Assembly: GCA_009923755.1 (NCBI GenBank)
Contig: RFSW01000001.1
Coordinates: forward strand, 453 to 64,452
DNA length: 64,000 nt
Origin: Betaproteobacteria bacterium
GTDB taxonomy: Bacteria; Pseudomonadota; Gammaproteobacteria; Burkholderiales; UBA3065
Direction of reading: 5' to 3'
Positions 57,629 to 64,000 of this stretch are shown here, piece after piece. The notes below the pieces were generated by a model. That model saw nothing but the letters and a program-made list of their open reading frames with translations. It was not told the origin of the DNA and did not search any database. The position numbers were made by a program, and so were the translations under genes. Numbering within the stretch: position 1 is the stretch's first letter; the number at the start of each line of letters is the position of its first letter.

Positions 57629-58815
57629 GTTTCGACTTTGATACGCCGATCGACCGCGGCGGCACGCACAGCGAGAAGTACGCGCTGCGCCGCGAGCTGT
57701 TCGGCACCGATGCGGTCGAGCCGTTGTGGGTGGCTGACATGGACTTCGCCGCGCCGCTGGTGGTGCAGGCTGCGCTTGCTGCTCGCGTGGCGCACCCCGT
57801 CTACGGCTACACGGTGATTCCCGACAGCGTGTCACAGGCGCTGGCCGGTTGGCTGCAGCGGCGGCATGCTTGGGCCGTGGAGCCGGCGAGCATCCATCTC
57901 GCGCCTGGCGTGGTGCCCACGCTTTACGCCGCGGTGGCAGCCTTCAGCCAGCCGGGGGAGGGCGTGATCGTTCAGCCGCCGGTCTACCCGCCCTTGTTCG
58001 ATGCCGTCACGCGTCAGGGCCGGACTGTGCTGGAGAACCCGCTGCGCGAGACGCCAGGCGGCTATGCCATGGATCTGGAGCACCTCGAGGCCCTGGCTGA
58101 GCGCGGTGCGCGCTTGCTGCTGCTGTGCAGCCCGCACAACCCGGTCGGGCGCGTCTGGCGCGAGGGCGAGTTGCGGGCTGTGCTCGACATCGCCCGCCGG
58201 CACGGGCTGGTCATCCTCAGCGACGAGATCCACGCTGACCTGGTCTATGCGCCACGCCACGGCGCCGCCACCGATGCACCGGTGCATGTCCCCTTGGGCG
58301 CCATCGCCAGCCCCGGCGATGCCGTGGTCACGGTGGTCGCGCCGAGCAAGACCTTCAATATACCGGGCCTCGGGCTGTCGGCGACCATCGCCTCGGGGGA
58401 TGGCGTTGCCCGCCGGCTGGCCGAGGCTTTCGCGCGTCTGCCGGTGAGCGTCGCCAACCCACTCGGGCTGGCGGCTTTTGAGGCGGCCTACCGTGAGGGC
58501 GATGCCTGGCTCGATGCCTGCCTTACGGTGCTGCGCAGCAACCGCGATCTGTTGAACACCGCCTTGGGCAGCGGCCCGGCCGCGCAGGTCTGCGGGCGGC
58601 CGCCTGAGTCGACCTACCTCGCCTGGCTCGATTGCCGGGGCACCGGCCTGGATGGCGCCAGCCTGATGCATGCGTGGGTCGAAGCCGGGCTGGGCTTATC
58701 AGCCGGCACGCGCTTCGGCACCGGTGGCAGCGGCTTTATGCGGCTCAATTTCGCCATCCCGCCGGCTCGCATGGCCGGTGTGCTCGAGCGCGTCGCCGCC
58801 GTCAGTCGCAGTTGA
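57625..58815 (+). CDS. PLP-dependent C-S lyase (MalY/PatB family; OvoB-like), probable CTG start
   Basis: Has the MalY-type N-terminus (L/M)SFDFDTPIDRGGTHSEKY...LWVADMDF and the PLP-Lys block APSKTFNIPGL. The frame is open from 57538, but the first canonical start is TTG 57724, inside the conserved block. CTG 57625 overlaps the ovoA stop (cgCTGAgt). Confidence 0.7.
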   Translation: MSFDFDTPIDRGGTHSEKYALRRELFGTDAVEPLWVADMDFAAPLVVQAALAARVAHPVYGYTVIPDSVSQALAGWLQRRHAWAVEPASIHLAPGVVPTLYAAVAAFSQPGEGVIVQPPVYPPLFDAVTRQGRTVLENPLRETPGGYAMDLEHLEALAERGARLLLLCSPHNPVGRVWREGELRAVLDIARRHGLVILSDEIHADLVYAPRHGAATDAPVHVPLGAIASPGDAVVTVVAPSKTFNIPGLGLSATIASGDGVARRLAEAFARLPVSVANPLGLAAFEAAYREGDAWLDACLTVLRSNRDLLNTALGSGPAAQVCGRPPESTYLAWLDCRGTGLDGASLMHAWVEAGLGLSAGTRFGTGGSGFMRLNFAIPPARMAGVLERVAAVSRS

Positions 58816-59782
58816 GGGCCAGTGCGGCCTGCAGCTCTGCCCGTAGCCTGTGGCGCAACGCGGGAGGATCCAGCAGTTCGACGCTACTGCCGTGTCGCAG
58901 CACTTCGCCAAGCAACTCTCGCGGGTCGGAGTAGGGCACCTCGAGCAGATAGCGGCCCTCGGCGTCAAAGCTGCCGCGCTGCTGTGAGTGCCAGTGTTCG
59001 GTCGCCACCCAACGCGCACGCTCGGCGCTGAAGCGCAGTCGTGCCCAGTTGACCTCCGCGCCGGAGAAGATGCCGTAGCCGGCACTGAAGAAGGCGTCGA
59101 GTGCGGCGTCGTTGCATTCTTCGGCGGTCTCGTCCAGCGCTTGCAGAGTACGGATGCCGTCCAGAGCAAAGCTGCGCAGTGCCTGCCGCAGATGACACCA
59201 GGCATCGAGGTACCAGTTGCCGCGGTAATGCACCAGGCGCTGTGGCGAGACGCTGCGTTCAGTGACGTCGTCACGCGCCCTTCCGTAGTAGTGGATGAGG
59301 AGGCGTCGCCTTTGCAGCAGCGCGAGGCCGATCGCCGGAAACAGGTGGTTGCTTGGTGGTCGTACGCCGGCCCGGGTGATGCGGATGCGCCGGCGCAACT
59401 CCGTCGATCCCACTTTGCCCTCGCCGAGAATGGTATCGATGCGCGCCACCAGCGGCCTGATGTGGGGCGTCAGAAGGTTGCTGTCAAGTTCCTCCAGCAG
59501 CTGGCTCATGGTCAACAGCGCAGCCACTTCGGCTTCGCTGAACCATAGCCCCGGCAGCGCATAGCGTGGTCCCGGGCCCGGTTTGCCGAAGCGGTAGCCG
59601 CCGAGTTCGCGGTCGTATTCGATGGGTGCGTTGAAGCGGTCACGCAGGTAAGCGAGGTCGCGCTTGAACGTCGCGCGGGAGACGCCGAGGGTCGCCAGCA
59701 TGTCCTTGAGCGGCACCACCCGTCGCTCGTGCAGGAGTTGGTCGATGCGGTGGAGTCGCTCGGCGTCGTGCATGCGCGGCAT
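58802..59782 (-). CDS. WYL-domain transcriptional regulator (HTH-WYL-WCX architecture)
   Basis: From ATG 59782, 326 aa. Has an N-terminal HTH (LKDMLATLGVSRATFKRDLAYLRDRF) and a WYL block (LVHYRGNWYLDAWCH...RSFALDGI). The 3' end overlaps the lyase gene by 14 nt, convergently. Confidence 0.8.
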   Translation of the reverse strand: MPRMHDAERLHRIDQLLHERRVVPLKDMLATLGVSRATFKRDLAYLRDRFNAPIEYDRELGGYRFGKPGPGPRYALPGLWFSEAEVAALLTMSQLLEELDSNLLTPHIRPLVARIDTILGEGKVGSTELRRRIRITRAGVRPPSNHLFPAIGLALLQRRRLLIHYYGRARDDVTERSVSPQRLVHYRGNWYLDAWCHLRQALRSFALDGIRTLQALDETAEECNDAALDAFFSAGYGIFSGAEVNWARLRFSAERARWVATEHWHSQQRGSFDAEGRYLLEVPYSDPRELLGEVLRHGSSVELLDPPALRHRLRAELQAALALNCD

Positions 59783-59936
59783 TGTCGAAACAAATCTTCG
59801 GCAGTTTATCAGCGGCTCGCGATATGAGCCTATGGCGTCCGAACATTTCGCGTAAAAAAGCCCGTGAGTTGAAGCAAAACCGAGGTCCACTCGTTTTCTA
59901 CAGGGCAGGTCAATCACTCTGCGACAGTCGATATAA

Positions 59937-60476
59937 ATGATGACTCATGGTTTGACCCAAGCCCTGCTAGCTACGCTGCTCTCGTGCGGTGTTTTTCTGG
60001 TCGTCAGTGAGTTGCAGGTCAATCTGGTGGCCGAGGCGGGTCCTGGGGTGAGCGCGCCTTACCTGCCCGCCGGGGTGCGGCTGATCGCGTCGGCAGTGTT
60101 GGGCGTCGCAGGCTGTGTCGGGGTCGCTGCAGCATCGTGGCTGGTTGCCTCGCAGACGTTTTCGACGGCCGGTGGCGGCACTCTGCTGATGATTGCCTTG
60201 GTCAGCGGTTTCGTGCCATTGCTGGCGCTCATGGCATTCCGCCGTGTCTACGGGATCGGCGAAGACCTCCGCGATCTCTCCTTTCGCGGCTTGCTCGTGC
60301 TCGCGGCGCTGCAATCCACGCTCTCGCCGCTCGCGCACCAGGCCGTGTTCTATGTCAGCGGCGCGGCGCCTGCCAGCGTTGCCAATCTGCTGGTCATGGT
60401 CGCTGGGGACATGGTCGGCTGCATGCTCGTGGTGCTGGCGCTGGCAGCCCTTTGGCGTTTGGTGCGGTCACGTTGA
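59937..60476 (+). CDS. Hypothetical integral membrane protein (about 5 TM segments, no soluble domain)
   Basis: 179 aa, almost entirely hydrophobic helices (LLATLLSCGVFLVVS, VRLIASAVLGVAGCVGVAAASWLV, LLMIALVSGFVPLLALMAF, LLVMVAGDMVGCMLVVLALAALW). Divergent from the WYL regulator across an AT-richer 154-nt gap. Confidence 0.5.
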   Translation: MMTHGLTQALLATLLSCGVFLVVSELQVNLVAEAGPGVSAPYLPAGVRLIASAVLGVAGCVGVAAASWLVASQTFSTAGGGTLLMIALVSGFVPLLALMAFRRVYGIGEDLRDLSFRGLLVLAALQSTLSPLAHQAVFYVSGAAPASVANLLVMVAGDMVGCMLVVLALAALWRLVRSR

Positions 60477-60629
60477 CGCACGGGTGGAGTCGCCGCGGCG
60501 GTTTCACACACGGGTAACCGGCCTCAAGCACAGTCCGCGGCTACTGTGCCGCAGTGCTCGGTTCATCGCTTGATGTCCGCCGCGTCTGCGGTCCGCTGCG
60601 CGTGACCACTTGCCCGGGGAGCCCTTGCT

Positions 60630-61796
60630 ATGACGACCGCTACGCTGCGCCGCAAGAAGAACACACACCATCGTGAGGAGCCGTGGAAGCCCGACCGGTG
60701 CGACCGCGTCGCCATGGTGCTGCAGGGCGGCGGTGCCCTTGGCGCCTATCAGGCCGGCGTCTACCAGGCGATGCACGAGGCCGGCATGGAGCCGGATTGG
60801 GTCAGCGGCGTGTCGATCGGCGGGATCAACGCGGCGCTCATCGCGGGCAATCCGCCCGAGCGCCGCCTTGAGCGCCTTCGTGAGTTCTGGGAGACGATCT
60901 CGGAACGTAAGATCTGGGCGTTTACGCCTGACGGAGACATCTTCCGCAAGGCGCGCAACGCCACCAGTTCGTTGACCACCATGCTTGCCGGACAGCCTGG
61001 TTTCTTCTCCCCGCGTACGCAGAATCCCTGGATGGCGCTGACCGGCTCTGAACACGCGACCAGCTTCTACGATTCCGATCCGCTGCGCGAGACCTTGGTC
61101 GAGCTGGTCGATTTCGAGCTGCTCAACCACGGGCCGGTGCATTTTGCGGTCGGGGCGGTGAATGTACTGAGTGGCAATTTCATCTACTTCGACAACCAGA
61201 ATGAGGATATCGAGCCCGAGCACATCATGGCCAGCGGCGCACTCCCGCCGGCCTTGCCGATGGTCAAGATCGGTACCGATTTCTTCTGGGACGGTGGCAT
61301 CGTTTCCAATACCCCTTTGCGCCATCTGCTCGACAAGGAGGAGGCGCTCAATACCCTGGTGTTCCAGGTCGATCTGTTCAGCGCTCGCGGCGAGCTGCCG
61401 CGTGACATGCAGGATGTGCTCGCGCGTCACAAGGACATCATGTATTCGTCGCGGACGCGTGCCAACACCGATGCCTATCGTCGCCTGCGCCATTGGAAGC
61501 GGGTGGCGCTGGAGGCGCTCAAGCGCGTCCCGGATGCCGACCTTGACGACGCCCAGCGTCGGGTGCGCGACGAACTCTCAAGCCTCCCGGACATCACCAT
61601 TCTGCAGATGATCTACCAGCAGAAGGCCTACGAGGGCCATGCCAAGGACTACGACTTCTCCGGCACGTCGATGCGTGAGCATTGGACCAGCGGATACGAG
61701 GACACCAAACGGGTGCTCAAGCAACGGCATTGGCTGGAAATGCCGCCCCCCGGCACAGGCATCGTCATCCATGACGTGCATCGGGAATATGACTGA
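60630..61796 (+). CDS. Patatin-like phospholipase family protein
   Basis: 388 aa. Has the oxyanion motif LQGGGALGAYQAG, the nucleophile elbow GVSIGG (G-x-S-x-G) and the catalytic Asp in FWDGGIVSNTP. Confidence 0.85.
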   Translation: MTTATLRRKKNTHHREEPWKPDRCDRVAMVLQGGGALGAYQAGVYQAMHEAGMEPDWVSGVSIGGINAALIAGNPPERRLERLREFWETISERKIWAFTPDGDIFRKARNATSSLTTMLAGQPGFFSPRTQNPWMALTGSEHATSFYDSDPLRETLVELVDFELLNHGPVHFAVGAVNVLSGNFIYFDNQNEDIEPEHIMASGALPPALPMVKIGTDFFWDGGIVSNTPLRHLLDKEEALNTLVFQVDLFSARGELPRDMQDVLARHKDIMYSSRTRANTDAYRRLRHWKRVALEALKRVPDADLDDAQRRVRDELSSLPDITILQMIYQQKAYEGHAKDYDFSGTSMREHWTSGYEDTKRVLKQRHWLEMPPPGTGIVIHDVHREYD

Positions 61797-61916
61797 TCGC
61801 CGTTCGGGCCGAGGGCGGTGTTAGGCTCGCAGCGATGTCGCTGTAATGCGAACGTCACGCACTTGAAGCAAATTGAACAATCTTCTGAATACTAGGAAGC
61901 TCCCCAGCACCTGCTC

Positions 61917-63260
61917 ATGAGTCGCGCCGACCACGCTTATCCGATCCATCCGTCCCAGTTGGTCGTGGGCTTGTCAATCTGGGTCGACATGCCGTGGCTC
62001 GACCACCCCTTCATGCGCAGCCGGTTAATGCTCACCACGCAGGCCGAGGTGGACGAGGTTAAGGCGGTAGTGCCGGAGGGATGCCTCTATTGGTACCCCG
62101 GTCGCAGCCGCGCCACGCCTTTACCGCGGCCGGTGGCCAAGCCCGAGCCGTCCGTCGAACAGGCCCCGGAAGTCGATGCAGAGAAGGCCCTCGCTTTGCG
62201 TCGCGAGCGCGAACTGGTTCAGCTCAAGCAACTGACCCAGGCAGCGCGCAAGGCCTGGGACAACATGTCCATGTCGGTATGGGCGCTGGTTCACGACATG
62301 CCGCGCTCCCCGGTCAGCGTTGGCCAAAAGGCCTGCTCGATTTCCTTCGATGTGGTCGAGGGCATCGGCAATGCCAGTTCCTGGCAGCTGCGCAAACTGG
62401 CAGATTCGAGTTCGCGTGGTCAGCACCACCATGCCTTGCGGACCATGACGCTGAGCGCCATGATCGGCACTCAACTGGGGATGTCGCGCCACGACCTTAC
62501 CGACCTCGTGCTCGCCGCGCTGGTCCATGATTCGGGGCAGGCTGACGTGCCGTACCCCGCGGTCCATTTCTCCGCGCGGCCCGATGGTGCCGGCAGCGCG
62601 CGCTCGGGTGGCGGGTCGGCCGCGATCGTCGATCGGGAGCGGCTCAAGCAGCACGTCCAGCTCGGCGTAAAACTTGCGGAGATGACCGGGGTGTTCTCGC
62701 CGGAGGCGCTGCAGATTGTCGCCCAGCATCACGTGGCGATGGACGGAAGCGGCTGGCCAGTCGACGCCACCGAGGCCTGCCTAGGTGCCCGGGTTCTGGC
62801 GCTCGCCGACCGCTTCGATCGCCTCTGCACACCTGCGAGCCGGGACGACCCACCGATGTCCCCCTCGAGCGCCATCCTCCACCTGTTTCAACGCGAGGGC
62901 CGCCGCTTCGACCCGACCGTGCTGCAGGCCTTGGTGAAGCTGATGGGTATGTATCCGCCGAGCACCATCCTGCGACTCAGCGATGGGTCGACGGCCATGG
63001 TCGTGGCGCCGGGCACGTCGATCCATCAACCGCTGATCGCCACCTACGATCGCAACGTCTTGCCCCAAGAGGCTGCACTGCGTGTCCTCGGCGCCGATGG
63101 CTGCCCGACCGTCGTCTCTTCGGTGAGCGTCGTCGGTCTGCCGGCGGTGGTCGTGGAGTGGCTTGAGAAGATCGAACTGCGCATGGCAGCGACCCCTGTC
63201 GTCTCACTCCGCCGGCAGATCCTGGAGGGCGACGCAGAGTTGGAGACGCAGGGCGCCTGA
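61917..63260 (+). CDS. HD-GYP-type domain protein with degenerate catalytic motifs
   Basis: 447 aa. The N-terminal block VGLSIWVDMPWLDHPFMRSRLML matches the N-domain commonly fused to HD-GYP proteins. HD is present (LVHDSGQ), but the HHExxDGxGYP motif reads HHVAMDGSGWP. Confidence 0.75.
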   Translation: MSRADHAYPIHPSQLVVGLSIWVDMPWLDHPFMRSRLMLTTQAEVDEVKAVVPEGCLYWYPGRSRATPLPRPVAKPEPSVEQAPEVDAEKALALRRERELVQLKQLTQAARKAWDNMSMSVWALVHDMPRSPVSVGQKACSISFDVVEGIGNASSWQLRKLADSSSRGQHHHALRTMTLSAMIGTQLGMSRHDLTDLVLAALVHDSGQADVPYPAVHFSARPDGAGSARSGGGSAAIVDRERLKQHVQLGVKLAEMTGVFSPEALQIVAQHHVAMDGSGWPVDATEACLGARVLALADRFDRLCTPASRDDPPMSPSSAILHLFQREGRRFDPTVLQALVKLMGMYPPSTILRLSDGSTAMVVAPGTSIHQPLIATYDRNVLPQEAALRVLGADGCPTVVSSVSVVGLPAVVVEWLEKIELRMAATPVVSLRRQILEGDAELETQGA

Positions 63261-63339
63261 CCACCTGGCGCCGGCGGTGCGGCGTGCTCGCGTCAGCCGA
63301 GCCTGCCTACCGCGTCTGGAGTGGGTCGAGCGGTTCGAG

Positions 63340-64000
63340 TCAGTCCAGCGCCTCGAGGAAGCGCTCCTCGATGAAGGACTTCTCGCGCAACACCCGCGCC
63401 AGCTCCTCCTTGGACTGATCCATGTCCGTGCGCAGTTTTCCGGTGAGGTTCTCCAGCGCTTTCAGACGGTTACGCAACTTGCGGTTCTCTTCCTCGACCT
63501 CCGCGCTCACCGGACCCGAGCTCTGGTTCTGGCGAGCCTCGAGCCGGGCCCGCAACTGGATCTGCTCGCCCTGCAGGGCTTCGCGGCGTGACTCCGCCTC
63601 TTGAGCACGGCGGCGCGTCTCGCGCAGATCCTGGCTCAGGCGCTGGTTGACCAGGCGCAACTGCTCCATGGCCGACTGTGCCGAGTCCGCCTCGCCGACC
63701 CGGCCACGCAGCACGCCAAGCTCGCGATTGCTCTCCTCGACTTGCAGCCGCAGGCTCTCCAGTTCGGCCTCCAGTCGACCCTTCTGTTGCATCAGACGAG
63801 AGAAATCGGTGCGCCGGCTTTCGCGCCACTCCACCAGATTCTCATTGGGTGTCTCGACCACGCCCTCGATGGCGGCGAAACCCTCCTCCGCCAGCGACAT
63901 CAGTTCGGCACTCACGCGTGGCGGTTGTAGCTTGCGGTTGAGGGTCTCGAGCAGGGCCTGCAAGCGTCCGGCGTCGAGTTTGGTCACGAACTGCTTCGTC
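63340..64000 (-). CDS. Coiled-coil hypothetical protein, probably 5'-truncated by the window edge
   Basis: The ORF stops at 63340. The frame remains open upstream of the track start (GTG 63987) to position 64000. It is heptad-rich Glu/Arg/Leu/Gln sequence (LEAELESLRLQVEESNRELGVLRGRV...). I recognise no family. Confidence 0.45.
   Translation of the reverse strand, partial: TKQFVTKLDAGRLQALLETLNRKLQPPRVSAELMSLAEEGFAAIEGVVETPNENLVEWRESRRTDFSRLMQQKGRLEAELESLRLQVEESNRELGVLRGRVGEADSAQSAMEQLRLVNQRLSQDLRETRRRAQEAESRREALQGEQIQLRARLEARQNQSSGPVSAEVEEENRKLRNRLKALENLTGKLRTDMDQSKEELARVLREKSFIEERFLEALD

Overview
GC-rich chromosomal window (roughly two-thirds G+C by eye, not computed). Gene content and order look like the core chromosome of a betaproteobacterium-like organism; this taxonomic call is inference only. 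The supporting blocks are hflC-hisZ-purA, rpsF-rpsR-rplI, rlmB-rnr, ugd-galU, dnaB, smc-zipA-ligA, hpt/MTAP/def, rluC<>rne, ygfZ, recA-recX, pgi, glnB, pyrD and ftsK. I call about 55 protein-coding genes, 2 tRNAs (Leu-CAG, Thr-CGT), 3 hairpin terminators and a few small repeats or palindromes. I saw no rRNA, CRISPR array, transposase or integrase. Many long ORFs in the supplied track are antisense shadows typical of high-GC DNA and were rejected. Stand-out items, most interesting first:
1. A hybrid histidine kinase (33143-35989, minus) has an N-terminal membrane domain that aligns gap-free to the plant ETR1 ethylene-binding domain, including the Cys-x3-His copper ligands. A secreted Cys-rich coiled-coil protein appears co-transcribed downstream.
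2. An ACP / AMP-ligase / PLP-decarboxylase trio of unknown product (51558-54845) lies next to an Asp-to-Glu pseudo-receiver LuxR regulator and a ~1420-aa repeat adhesin with no obvious export signal.
3. An ovoA plus C-S lyase (ovoB-like) pair, where the lyase has no canonical start and seems to initiate at a CTG overlapping the ovoA stop.
4. A neighbourhood of a WYL regulator, a membrane protein, a patatin phospholipase, a degenerate HD-GYP protein and a coiled-coil protein (58.8-64 kb).
5. Reading-frame breaks in zipA, ftsK and the adhesin. These are either real lesions or assembly indels and need read-level checking.
All family assignments rest on motif recognition from the translated ORFs; no database search was possible.
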